From the IMG/VR virus record IMGVR_UViG_3300024259_001623: a stretch of 64,000 bases of DNA; one strand, 5' to 3'. The translations under genes and the position numbers were made by a program. Under the pieces are notes generated by a model. It saw nothing but the letters and a program-made list of their open reading frames with translations, searched no databases and was not told where the DNA came from. Positions 45,957-56,463 of this stretch are shown in pieces (positions within the stretch are counted from its first letter, which is position 1; every line of letters starts with the position of its first letter). This DNA comes from a virus. Lineage: Duplodnaviria > Caudoviricetes.

Positions 45957-47168
45957 TTATCTATCATGATCAAGATCTAAATTGTACGACCAAGTTATAC
46001 CTCTATTATCGTGTATACCGAAGATTTTCTGTTCTGCCTTAGAGCTACTCTGTAAATTCTTCAAAGCATATATGTCTGGACCAACAAAAGACCCATTTAT
46101 CAACAATCTACCATGATTAGTAGTTAATTCAGCAGCAGCATGGAAATGTGCAGATAATGTATAATCAGGGATAGTCTTGATAATACCGATCATCTTTTGC
46201 TCATAATTTTGCAAACCCTTGACAGGTAACACTCCACCTTTAACATCTTCGCCATGAACAACCAAGAAATTATGATTTCTAATATTTGCTAATATCCACC
46301 AAGTCTTAGGAACAACGAACTTAACTCTAGGATTATCTTTAAAACGAGCTTCTAAGAACTTATAACACAAGAAGTCCCAATTAACGTATTCTTTTTCATA
46401 GCCGATAGCTGCTGCTCTACCATGATTACCCATAACTCCATAAAAAGTTATTTCATCGAATAACCCCAACCAATAGTAAATGACATCAGAAAAAGCTTCA
46501 AAGCCTTCTATCATCTGATCATAAATAGGCATATTAATGTATACTGGCGACCAATTACCTGCTCTATTCATGCCAGCAACAATATCTCCAAGAGAGAAAA
46601 TATGCAATTTATCTATTTTATACAACTGAGAATGCAATTCGACTATTTCTTCAGTAGCCTTTTTGACATTATTGATCCGAGTCTTGAATACATCTACATT
46701 ATACTCGCTCAAGCCTCCAGTCTCTTCTAGAGTATGATGGTGACCAATATGCATATCGCTTAACATAAGCCCTACATCTTCTCCACCAGAACTATGCTTT
46801 TTCGATCTTACTGTTCTTTTGTATACTGGTTTCTTAACTCTTGGCAAAGCGTCTACTGCCAAAGCAATTTTATCAGCAATAATTTCAGTCTTAAATTTTT
46901 GACTTTTCATTTGCGTTTCGTGTGTCTTAACCAATCTCTTCAAATATTGCTGCTTGAGATTATTCTTCATTCTGTCTTTCAAGGAATCGAAGAACTCTGT
47001 GTTACTCCATACTGTTGTCTGATACTTTTTCTCACAAGCCCTTACTGTTCTCTTCAATTCAGTGGCTATGATCTTATATGGAATTCCATCTTCCCTAGCG
47101 GCATACAAATAACCCATCTCGTCTTGTGTCCATGCTCTGCTAAGAATGTTATCTTTCTTTTTTGACAT
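45957..47168 (-). CDS. Calcineurin-like metallophosphoesterase with N-terminal Myb/HTH-like domain
   Basis: WTQDE...L....G.PYKIIATELKRT; SDMHIG, LGDIV, GNHGR, VVHGE, SAHFH. Confidence 0.8.
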   Translation of the reverse strand: MSKKKDNILSRAWTQDEMGYLYAAREDGIPYKIIATELKRTVRACEKKYQTTVWSNTEFFDSLKDRMKNNLKQQYLKRLVKTHETQMKSQKFKTEIIADKIALAVDALPRVKKPVYKRTVRSKKHSSGGEDVGLMLSDMHIGHHHTLEETGGLSEYNVDVFKTRINNVKKATEEIVELHSQLYKIDKLHIFSLGDIVAGMNRAGNWSPVYINMPIYDQMIEGFEAFSDVIYYWLGLFDEITFYGVMGNHGRAAAIGYEKEYVNWDFLCYKFLEARFKDNPRVKFVVPKTWWILANIRNHNFLVVHGEDVKGGVLPVKGLQNYEQKMIGIIKTIPDYTLSAHFHAAAELTTNHGRLLINGSFVGPDIYALKNLQSSSKAEQKIFGIHDNRGITWSYNLDLDHDR

Positions 47169-47170
47169 AA

Positions 47171-48286
47171 TTAATTTCCTTTTGAAAAAATTCTATTATA
47201 CTTATTTAATACAGAATCGAAGCAAAAACTTTCTTGAATCATTTTTCTTCCTTTTATACCCAATTCTTTTTTCAACTCTTCATCAAAAATAATTTTTTTA
47301 ATACTATTGCTAAAATCATTTTCTACTTTCTTAGTATATACGATATTGTCATCAGCATCCTTGTTTTCTGCTTTAATACATATACCTCCTTCAAGGTCTG
47401 GAGTATTGCCTACATTCAAAGAAACCCAAGGCAATCCCGCATTCATAGATTCTAAAACGACCAACGGAGCAACTTCTTTTTTAGAGGGAAAAACGAAAAC
47501 ATCAGAATCTAAAAAAGCTCCCACAGTATGCTCTCTTGGGATGTCACAAAGAACTTTATACTTGAACGGAACGTTTTTCAGCTTCATGACAAATTGATTT
47601 TTTATAACTTGAGAAAATGCAAAACCTTTCAGAGATGAGATAAATATCGCTGTAAAATCTTTGAACTCCGAATAGATATTATTTAATATAGGAATAATAT
47701 TGTCCTGGCCCTTACCTGGGAAAAAATTAGAAACACATAATAATATTTTACTTGTTTCTATATTATAAAATTTTCTAAAATCAAACTTACAATTCTCAAA
47801 CTCTGAGTCGTCTACGCTATTAGGTATTACTGTAAAAGGTATTTTATACCTCTTGCACATTAAAGAATCTTGATATTTTTCTGAATGAGTTATAACATTA
47901 AATGATTCAGTTTTGGACAAAAAGGAATTGAACAATGATCTGTTTCTGATCATATTATTCATTCCAACTAGCGCAATACTCTTACCGCAATCCAAACTAT
48001 TAGAAAATTTTACTACTTCCTTCCAATATGAAAACAAGTCTCCATAAACAAATAAATGATCAGGAGATTGTGTTTGCACCTGATTTATAAATCCTCTGCC
48101 AGAAGGACTTAAAGGTATGATCTTAACCCCGTTATGGATTAACTCTTTTTTCTTAACAGATTTGCTTAGGACAACACATTCATGACCGTACTGATTATGT
48201 AATCCTTCCGAAACTTGTTGTACTACCTTTTCTGATCCGCCGACATTTGGATAAGAATTATTTACTGCGAAAAATATTTTCGACAT
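47171..48286 (-). CDS. Glycosyltransferase family 4 (GT-B)
   Basis: YPNVGGSEKV, LCVSNFFPGKG, FVFPSKKEVAPLVVLESM.AGLP. Confidence 0.9.
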   Translation of the reverse strand: MSKIFFAVNNSYPNVGGSEKVVQQVSEGLHNQYGHECVVLSKSVKKKELIHNGVKIIPLSPSGRGFINQVQTQSPDHLFVYGDLFSYWKEVVKFSNSLDCGKSIALVGMNNMIRNRSLFNSFLSKTESFNVITHSEKYQDSLMCKRYKIPFTVIPNSVDDSEFENCKFDFRKFYNIETSKILLCVSNFFPGKGQDNIIPILNNIYSEFKDFTAIFISSLKGFAFSQVIKNQFVMKLKNVPFKYKVLCDIPREHTVGAFLDSDVFVFPSKKEVAPLVVLESMNAGLPWVSLNVGNTPDLEGGICIKAENKDADDNIVYTKKVENDFSNSIKKIIFDEELKKELGIKGRKMIQESFCFDSVLNKYNRIFSKGN

Positions 48287-48287
48287 A

Positions 48288-49115
48288 TTACCTCTCTTGT
48301 AAAGAACTAAATACTTCTAAGTGCTTCTGCCTCATCACTGGTAACCTTTTCCCTTTCCACTTTTCCCGAAATTTAAAAAGACTACTTAATAATATTTTAT
48401 GTTTTTTATTCGAATCTATCTGGCCGAGTGTTCTATGAGGCATGTGAACTATTTTTGCCTTAATATTCCATCCTATCTTAAAACCACTTTCCACAGATCT
48501 TAAACAAAAATCTGGATCTTCAAAATATGCTGGACTAAATCTTGTATCGAACATCCCAATCTCGTCAGTAACTTCTCTCTTTATAACCATTCCTCCACAA
48601 CCTACATAATGGAAAAATTGATTGAGTCTTTTGATATGTAATACTGGCATAAAAGAATCACTTAACTGCCAAGCCTCTACCCCAACAAGATCATATCCCT
48701 GGTCTAAAACAGCTAAATGATGTTCTAGCCAACCTTCACCTACAAATTGGTCATTATCCAAAAACATTAATTTTTCGCATGGAGGCTCTTCGCCATTAAT
48801 GAAATTACTAACATCAAAACCTAAATTTCTTCCCTCTATGACTCCAAGATTTGTGTTGGATAATATCAGAACTCCATTTTCAACTACTTCATCAAAAGTT
48901 TTTTGCAAAAACTTCCGAGTCCCATCAGAAGAACCATTATCAACCCAAATTAATCTAACATTATCATGGGGGGTATTCAAAAGGAAAAACTTCAAAAAAT
49001 CTTTGCTTGTTTCCAGCCCGTTAAAAGATAAAACTATCACATCTAATGAACAAGATGAAAAATCTTCTTTAGTCTTCCAAATCTCACAATTTTTATAGTC
49101 TGTTTCTCGTATCAT
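48288..49115 (-). CDS. Glycosyltransferase family 2
   Basis: VIVLSFN, VDNGSSDGT, NLGV..GRN, FLDND, GMFD.RF....FEDPDFC. Confidence 0.9.
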   Translation of the reverse strand: MIRETDYKNCEIWKTKEDFSSCSLDVIVLSFNGLETSKDFLKFFLLNTPHDNVRLIWVDNGSSDGTRKFLQKTFDEVVENGVLILSNTNLGVIEGRNLGFDVSNFINGEEPPCEKLMFLDNDQFVGEGWLEHHLAVLDQGYDLVGVEAWQLSDSFMPVLHIKRLNQFFHYVGCGGMVIKREVTDEIGMFDTRFSPAYFEDPDFCLRSVESGFKIGWNIKAKIVHMPHRTLGQIDSNKKHKILLSSLFKFREKWKGKRLPVMRQKHLEVFSSLQER

Positions 49116-49130
49116 GTTCTATATCATATT

Positions 49131-49139
49131 ATTATATCA
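49131..49139 (-). promoter_or_regulatory. Extended -10 promoter (TGaTATAAT) at the structural/glycosylation module boundary
   Basis: Lies in the 38-nt gap between the 2430-aa gene stop and the GT2 start; -35 weak. Confidence 0.45.
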
Positions 49140-49153
49140 TTCACTTTGTAACA

Positions 49154-52100
49154 TCAAGTATTATTTTTATTATACATGAAACCGACATTATTGACAGTGA
49201 TATCCTGTCCAGAATTGTAATTAGATGTTTTAATCCCAACGTTATATGTAGTAGGATTGGTGATTTCTATTCTCAAATCATCCCGCTTAGACTCAGCAAA
49301 AATTACGACCCCATCTCTAGGACGCAATACATATTCAGATGAAGATATAGCAACATCGCTTGAGTCCCTTACAACAACAGTTGAATCCTCATCCCAGCCA
49401 CTATTAGATGTCTTATACATGAAATCATCTACTCTAATCAGTGGCTCTATTTTTGTGTCTAATATTTCTCCATTTCTTATAGGAATAATTATTTTTCCAC
49501 CCTTATCCCTATCTGGCTTAGAGTCTCTGTTATAATCATTCCAATTATGAGAATGAGCAGTAGACGCGCCCACATTCAAATCGCTAGTATCAAAAGAATC
49601 TATATTAGATCCTGTTGATATAACTATTTGTTGTACAGTTCTATCAATAGTCTCTTTATTCAAGAATATAAAATCTTCTTTAACGCCAGTGTAATCTATA
49701 GTCATACTAATAATTTTTGGAACATTTGGAGAAGGAACATCTTCATATCCTTCAGCATCAGAAATACTTATTCCGCTAGTAAGCTCCATATCAAATTTGA
49801 TATATCTTGCCAAAATATCTCCGAACAACGCTTCATATTCTGGTTCAAATTTATCAGTAAAATTAGAATAATTATAACCATCCTCACTGACTGCGATTCT
49901 CCATTGTCCATTTGTATTTGCCGGTAATTCAAAACTAACAATAACAGAATTCAAATTAACGATCTCGGATAAATCTAAAACATATTCAGCACTACCATAT
50001 CCTAATCCGCCCTTAACGTGTCCAGCCATATTGCCAACATCTCTATCTTCAAAATCATCGACAGCAATAGTAAAAGCTTGTCCTCCAGTTCCATTAGATA
50101 TCAGATTCAATTCTGAATGTCTAGTTTCTTCTTCTAAAATAGAATCTATAGCGATATCATGAACAGACATATTAGCGATAACTACAGGAGAAACAGCCTC
50201 ATCTATGCCATTAACGTACATAATAGCATCTGCCAAAGTCTCTACAGAACCATTTGGTTCATGATCAGCAAAAACAAAATTAGTTTTTCCTATAGAATCA
50301 TATAATGTATCCGAAAGTATTTTAGATCCGAATATCAAAGCATCGTATAGTGGAGAAGCTCCTAAGAAACTCTTAGTAGCGACTTCATTGTCTATAATAT
50401 CTATTGCAGAACTTGCAGACACCAAACCTGTATCTGTTAAATCCTCAATAGATGTTAGCCACAATTCATTCCCTATACAATCTATACTAGATGCTGGCTC
50501 TTGATACAAAAAATCAGAGATTATCTGGAATTCTGTATCATCAGCCAATATACCCAACCCTTCTATCAGCATATTAGAATTTATATTTACGCAACTAGAA
50601 GTATCTATATCAATCTGCTCAAATTCTTCTACAACATTAACAAAGTTTTTGCCGTAATACAAATCATCCATTACGGTTGCTTCTATAACGATTTTATACC
50701 TGATGTCATCCTCTAACTCATGAAAAGCAATATTATCAATAACAGTTGTAATTATATCATCTGCCCTAGGATACAACTGAGCAAATCCTTTTCCATCAAC
50801 TGTTGTAATTGTATCGTTAACAAACAAAACAACATTTTGAGAGATATTTCTTTGTATTAATGGAACAGAAACTCCTGTAGCATCAGCAAATTGCAAATAT
50901 CCTTTGACTCCAACTAATATATCACCAGAAGGAGAATCTCCATTATCGTCTGTCAAATCAATTTCTACTTCTATATTATTTTTACCATCCAAAATCATAT
51001 CATCAGACGCAATAGATGCAACTACACTCAAAAAACTCTTCCCTTTGCCGCTTTCTATTCCGCCGATGACATAAAGACCATCATTTGCCCCATCGTTCAC
51101 CACAGCGGCACCTGAGCCGTTCCTTCCTTGCTCTAAATCGACTAACCCAGTGTAAGTAAAAGCTCTTGCAGCCTCAGCGGCTGAAAAATCTACACTTTCA
51201 AAAGTTTTCAAATTACCAGACTTATCGTTCGACCCACCAACAACATACATTATATTATTAAATGACGTATATGCTGATTTATATTTCAACTCTGGGATAT
51301 CATCAAACAAATTATTTGCTTCAGTCAATAACCCTGAAACAACATTATACTTATAGGCACTAGATAAATAATCTAATTGATTATTTTCTTCAAAGGTTCC
51401 ATTAAGAGCGTATATAATATTTCCTTTTATAAATGAGCAAGGACACAATCTATAATATATACTTGTATCAATAGCATCTATTGCATCAGTGTATGACCAA
51501 GAATCGCCAGATATATTATATGACAAAATTCTATCATTATAAACAAAACTCAATCCGTCAGATGCTATTTTTCTTATACCGCTTAATATATAAACATTAC
51601 CAGTAGACGATATATATTCTGCTGATCCATATGCATTACCATACCCATCAGAAGATACCCCAGAGCCTATCTGAGGCATATCTTCTAATTCCGTCCATGT
51701 ATCAGCAACAGTATCATATTTTTCTACTTTTCTACTTACTACCAAAGCATTATCATTTGAATTATATTCTATACCGCCAAAAACATATATATCAGTTCCG
51801 ACAACTACAGAAGATGTTCCGAATCTTGCTGTATTCATATTTTCTAGGCTTAACCAAGCATCAGTTACAGGATTATAAACTTCTGTACTCTTTAGAACTA
51901 CATTTCCATTTATGCCGCCCATAGCATAGATTTTATCAGCGACAGCCTCGATAGAAAAATACCCTCTACCTGTTGTCATATCAGCAACATCTGTCCAAGT
52001 AACTCCACCTATTACATGTTTACTATTTTTGGCACTAAAGAAAGTAGATGTTCCAACAGAATCTTCAGCATCATTAGTCAATCGAATACAAAAAGTTTTT

Positions 52101-55100
52101 GTATCATTAGAGAGTGCATAATCTACAGTTAAGGTTATTAAAGCATCAAATGTCGTTGATTGAGGAATAGGATCTAAGACTATCGTTGCATAACTCCTTA
52201 CCACGCCTTCATCTATAGCGTCATCGACATCATTATCAACATTAAGAGTTGCATCTTGAACTTTAATTGCATCATTATATATATTAGTAACGCTTACTTG
52301 AACTTCAGTTCCATTCAATATAGGATATCCAGCGCTAGAGACATCAAATAGTATATTATTTTCTGATACTCCATCTATAACAATATTATCTACTCTGTTA
52401 TTATCAACAGTCTTTTCCCATATTCTTATCTCTAAAGGTTCTTGAGGTATAATGACGGTAGGAACTATGGCATTTGAAACATTTCCTCCGCCAGTTATAT
52501 TAATGCCCTTACCGTCGAATACAGAAGTTATAGATGCAGACACAGTAATTTCATTTTCATATTTTACAATTTTACTTTCTGCGCAAAAACATTCATTAGA
52601 AGGTTCTTCAAACCCTGTTGATCTTTGTCCGGCAATATCTTTACCTAGTCTGAAATACACTTCAGTAGAATCGCCATCATCTAAACTAACAAAAGCAGAT
52701 CCATAATCTATATTTGCACTAGATATATCTAAGATAAGTTCTCCGGTATATGGATCAACTTGTTCAATCACATCTCCCCAAATAATTTCTAATTCTTCCT
52801 CATCAGATGTTATATTAACAACCTGTCCTGGCAGAAGTTCATATATAGTCTTACCCAAACTGGTCATGCAACTTCTGAAACAAGATGAATATGCAGTTGC
52901 AGAAGTACTAGCGTCATGACTTATTAAAGCTTTAACATAAAATCTACCATCGGTATATAGCGTTTGTTTTACGTTGTCGAATTCCATTAACAAATGAGAA
53001 CCAGCAGACTCTTGCCCATCGAATCCAACCGGGACCATATTCATTACTCTACTGGAAGTAACAGACATCCCATCATATAAAACTGATGCTTGCAATAAAT
53101 GAGATTCGTATAAAATATTTCCATCATTATCGTATCCCTGGAACTCTACCCCTGAAACTGGTCCTACAAAAACATTATCAGATATACCATTTGTTATATA
53201 TGAATATACACCGTCTGGCATTGCTATATCATCATCTGAGTATATAATTCTCTGAGGATAGGAATTACTTTGTTTTATTAACTCCCATTTAACTATAGTA
53301 TTATCATCTGGATATTCCCTTTTAGATACATTATCAGGGTCATCCGGGTCTATAACGAAAACATTCGCCATCTGTTCAGCTACATTAACTCCATTTGCTA
53401 TAGGAGCATTTGATAATAACTCTATTTTTAATGTGCTATCAAAAACAACCAAAAACTTTTTGACTAAAGATACTCCAAACATAGACACTTTGGCATACAT
53501 CAAAATATTTTGTGGAACAGATGGAGGATCAATAGATACATCAAAAACATTTGCATCTATACTTCCAGATGCATTTCCCAATTCATCTAAAAGATCTATT
53601 TGAGTACTTTTATTCTCAGTAGCAACCAGAAGACTATCATTTAAAGCAGACTTTTCAGCTTCTGAACTATCGCATAAATCCTTATCAGTATTGTATAAAG
53701 CTATCTGTATATTACTAAAGTTTCTATTGTAATTATTCTTGTAAGACATTATCAATCTAGATACGAAATTTTCTGACGCATTTATATAAGTGCCATCATA
53801 CGTTTTTATTGATAATGGAGAATTGTCATCCAACACAGAAATAGCATTATTGCATTTTATCTCAACCGTCTTTTTATCTCTATTAGTAATATCAAAATCT
53901 AATGGATTATCTAATATTACTTCAACCTCTTGAGGATGATACTCAAACACGTTTGTAACATAGTCGCCATTACTATCTATTTCGCTATTTACATCAGGAA
54001 CAAATATCTTCATCTGTATAGTGAATTTAAGCCGTTTAATATTTTTAAGTAACTCTAGGACAGAACCGCTAGAAAATCTTACTGTAAGTACTCCATTATT
54101 AACACCATCTTCTATATTAGTTAAAACAAAATTATATAATTCATCATCAGAAGGAACAGTTATACTTGTTTCATCATTAAAAACATCTTCTGCTGCATCA
54201 TCAGCTATTGTAGACTCTACAGTTATTGTGGAGTCTACCTGTAAATCTTCTGCCAATAGGTTGTCAAATTCGTCCAATAATTTAGAATAAACAATAATAT
54301 CATCATCGAAATAACCTGTTATTCTTCTAGGATTTGGGATAGTGTTCCAAGAGATATTGGCAGAAGTACCATTTAATATTTCATAAGATAGGTTTTCTAT
54401 CTTTCTTAAAGGAATACCATCGTCATTCAAATCTCTTTCTGGAGTACCAGCAACATTGGCGACATTAGAAATTCTATTATATCTATCAATAGTAAAAACA
54501 GAATAATAATAAGAATCTCCATTTTGCAGTCTTCTATGTACAAAATTGGTTTCATCAGCATTCCCATCAAAAACTTTTGTTCCTGCAAAATTGTCATCTT
54601 CGGTAATCGGGAAAGATTCATTAGACATATAAACTAAAATTCTTTCTGCCAATCCATTTAAATTACTTAATGTCCATGAGATATAATTTTTTTCATTACC
54701 CTCTCTGAGAACAACATTAGATGGGCCAGGAATATCATCAACAGAAACAGGCAACGACTGACGATTCTTACTATCAATATCTTCCATCAATAATGGAACA
54801 TTAATAGAATCATTAATATTATTATAAAAATCAGATGAGTTATTGGCAAACATCCTGAAATTATAACTATTATTTAATATAAAGTCTTCTCTATAAGTGG
54901 TATAAAAATTACCAGCAGATATTACTGCTTCATATATAATAGATCCATCATCTTCATTACCGGGAATACTAAAATCATTTTTGACTATTCTAGCTGTTCC
55001 ACCAATTGAATCTGAGGTAGCAGGCACAGAATATTTCAATATCGCAAGTCTATCTCCGTTATCCGTGACTGAATTATTGAATTGTTCTAAAATATAAGTA

Positions 55101-56446
55101 CTACTCCTAATACTTTTATGTACACTTACTTCTGTCATTTCACCAGCAAATTGATCGACTACCCCAAGTCTGTCAAAACCTATATCCAAAAACATATCTG
55201 CTGGCGTATAAATTTTACCAATTGAGGAAGTACCTGAGGAAATCCCATTTACAAAAAACTCTACATTGACATTAGCCGAATCTGAATAATCCATTGTAAT
55301 AGCTACATGATTCCATTCATTTTCTGTTATAACGCCAGCATCAGATGCAACAAGGGTAGGAGTAGACAAGAACACAGAACCAGAGGCTACAATAACAGCA
55401 TAATCCCTTACAGCCACACCACTTCTCGCTATAACAGTAGCAGTAATAGAATTATCATATGGCTTAATCCAAAACATTAATGTCATAGTTTGATTTTCTA
55501 ACAATTCAAAATTCCTATTGGCAATAGCTGTAGATGCTGTTGTATGTATCCCATCAAACCTCAAACCAGATCGTCCAACAGGAGTTTCATTCTCTGTTAG
55601 CCATACAGGATTAACATCAGATAATGTTAAATCGTCGGTAGCATTCATATCATAAAGAGTATTTTCTGTACCCTCATCGAGATGCCACGCCCCCTCTACA
55701 TTACTATCAACTCTAACAGATGAACCATTAAGAGTTTCCCCGCTAAATGTTTTAATACCAGTAGGAGCATCACCGCTTTGAGGAGAAACTATAACTTGAA
55801 CTGGATCGCTAAAATGATAATTAGAATCAAAAGTATATATAGAATAATAATATGTTGTATTAACTACAAGCTCATTATCATAAACTTTCTTGGCAACTCC
55901 ATCATAAACCAACTCTCCGTCTATTGGGCTATCAGAAAAGCTACCTTCTTTTCTTAAAACTCTGATACCATAAAAATCATCATCTCTGTCCACAAAATCA
56001 TCAACCAAATAAATAGAATCTGTATTAAATGTATGAGATAATGGATTATTTTCCAATAAAGCTGCCCCTACAGAAATAGATACTTTTTTACCTCCATATG
56101 TCAATACATTATATTCTACCAACCCCGGATATGTAGCGGATATTCTTCTTATCAGTCTCTTAGCTATTTCCAAATCTAATTCGTCTTTATCATTCCATGA
56201 CATACTTCCGCTTCTATCAAAAACCAAATTGACAATCCTATCATCCAATTTTAATTTTATATCTTCTCCACCAAAATTGTCATTTATCTTTTGTGTATTA
56301 TATAAAGTAAGATTCGCATCCGAAAAAGAATTCACGAACAACGACTGGTCAGTTGGAGCCGGTATCGAAATCTCTCCATAACCTGACTGGCTATTATCGC
56401 TAAAAATCTTTAAAGCATGCTGTTTATTAAAATCTACTGTCCACAT
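49154..56446 (-). CDS. Giant (2430 aa) virion-type protein: vWA, FN3-like, LamG, Ig-like and Kelch domains
   Basis: VFDRSGSM (MIDAS), LamG (WHLDE, FWIKP, WNHVAIT), Kelch repeats (IYAMGG, IYVFGG, LYVIGG), C-terminal SPLYDAL...TGG. Confidence 0.75.
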   Translation of the reverse strand: MWTVDFNKQHALKIFSDNSQSGYGEISIPAPTDQSLFVNSFSDANLTLYNTQKINDNFGGEDIKLKLDDRIVNLVFDRSGSMSWNDKDELDLEIAKRLIRRISATYPGLVEYNVLTYGGKKVSISVGAALLENNPLSHTFNTDSIYLVDDFVDRDDDFYGIRVLRKEGSFSDSPIDGELVYDGVAKKVYDNELVVNTTYYYSIYTFDSNYHFSDPVQVIVSPQSGDAPTGIKTFSGETLNGSSVRVDSNVEGAWHLDEGTENTLYDMNATDDLTLSDVNPVWLTENETPVGRSGLRFDGIHTTASTAIANRNFELLENQTMTLMFWIKPYDNSITATVIARSGVAVRDYAVIVASGSVFLSTPTLVASDAGVITENEWNHVAITMDYSDSANVNVEFFVNGISSGTSSIGKIYTPADMFLDIGFDRLGVVDQFAGEMTEVSVHKSIRSSTYILEQFNNSVTDNGDRLAILKYSVPATSDSIGGTARIVKNDFSIPGNEDDGSIIYEAVISAGNFYTTYREDFILNNSYNFRMFANNSSDFYNNINDSINVPLLMEDIDSKNRQSLPVSVDDIPGPSNVVLREGNEKNYISWTLSNLNGLAERILVYMSNESFPITEDDNFAGTKVFDGNADETNFVHRRLQNGDSYYYSVFTIDRYNRISNVANVAGTPERDLNDDGIPLRKIENLSYEILNGTSANISWNTIPNPRRITGYFDDDIIVYSKLLDEFDNLLAEDLQVDSTITVESTIADDAAEDVFNDETSITVPSDDELYNFVLTNIEDGVNNGVLTVRFSSGSVLELLKNIKRLKFTIQMKIFVPDVNSEIDSNGDYVTNVFEYHPQEVEVILDNPLDFDITNRDKKTVEIKCNNAISVLDDNSPLSIKTYDGTYINASENFVSRLIMSYKNNYNRNFSNIQIALYNTDKDLCDSSEAEKSALNDSLLVATENKSTQIDLLDELGNASGSIDANVFDVSIDPPSVPQNILMYAKVSMFGVSLVKKFLVVFDSTLKIELLSNAPIANGVNVAEQMANVFVIDPDDPDNVSKREYPDDNTIVKWELIKQSNSYPQRIIYSDDDIAMPDGVYSYITNGISDNVFVGPVSGVEFQGYDNDGNILYESHLLQASVLYDGMSVTSSRVMNMVPVGFDGQESAGSHLLMEFDNVKQTLYTDGRFYVKALISHDASTSATAYSSCFRSCMTSLGKTIYELLPGQVVNITSDEEELEIIWGDVIEQVDPYTGELILDISSANIDYGSAFVSLDDGDSTEVYFRLGKDIAGQRSTGFEEPSNECFCAESKIVKYENEITVSASITSVFDGKGINITGGGNVSNAIVPTVIIPQEPLEIRIWEKTVDNNRVDNIVIDGVSENNILFDVSSAGYPILNGTEVQVSVTNIYNDAIKVQDATLNVDNDVDDAIDEGVVRSYATIVLDPIPQSTTFDALITLTVDYALSNDTKTFCIRLTNDAEDSVGTSTFFSAKNSKHVIGGVTWTDVADMTTGRGYFSIEAVADKIYAMGGINGNVVLKSTEVYNPVTDAWLSLENMNTARFGTSSVVVGTDIYVFGGIEYNSNDNALVVSRKVEKYDTVADTWTELEDMPQIGSGVSSDGYGNAYGSAEYISSTGNVYILSGIRKIASDGLSFVYNDRILSYNISGDSWSYTDAIDAIDTSIYYRLCPCSFIKGNIIYALNGTFEENNQLDYLSSAYKYNVVSGLLTEANNLFDDIPELKYKSAYTSFNNIMYVVGGSNDKSGNLKTFESVDFSAAEAARAFTYTGLVDLEQGRNGSGAAVVNDGANDGLYVIGGIESGKGKSFLSVVASIASDDMILDGKNNIEVEIDLTDDNGDSPSGDILVGVKGYLQFADATGVSVPLIQRNISQNVVLFVNDTITTVDGKGFAQLYPRADDIITTVIDNIAFHELEDDIRYKIVIEATVMDDLYYGKNFVNVVEEFEQIDIDTSSCVNINSNMLIEGLGILADDTEFQIISDFLYQEPASSIDCIGNELWLTSIEDLTDTGLVSASSAIDIIDNEVATKSFLGASPLYDALIFGSKILSDTLYDSIGKTNFVFADHEPNGSVETLADAIMYVNGIDEAVSPVVIANMSVHDIAIDSILEEETRHSELNLISNGTGGQAFTIAVDDFEDRDVGNMAGHVKGGLGYGSAEYVLDLSEIVNLNSVIVSFELPANTNGQWRIAVSEDGYNYSNFTDKFEPEYEALFGDILARYIKFDMELTSGISISDAEGYEDVPSPNVPKIISMTIDYTGVKEDFIFLNKETIDRTVQQIVISTGSNIDSFDTSDLNVGASTAHSHNWNDYNRDSKPDRDKGGKIIIPIRNGEILDTKIEPLIRVDDFMYKTSNSGWDEDSTVVVRDSSDVAISSSEYVLRPRDGVVIFAESKRDDLRIEITNPTTYNVGIKTSNYNSGQDITVNNVGFMYNKNNT

Positions 56447-56463
56447 GTTGATTTCCCAGAATA

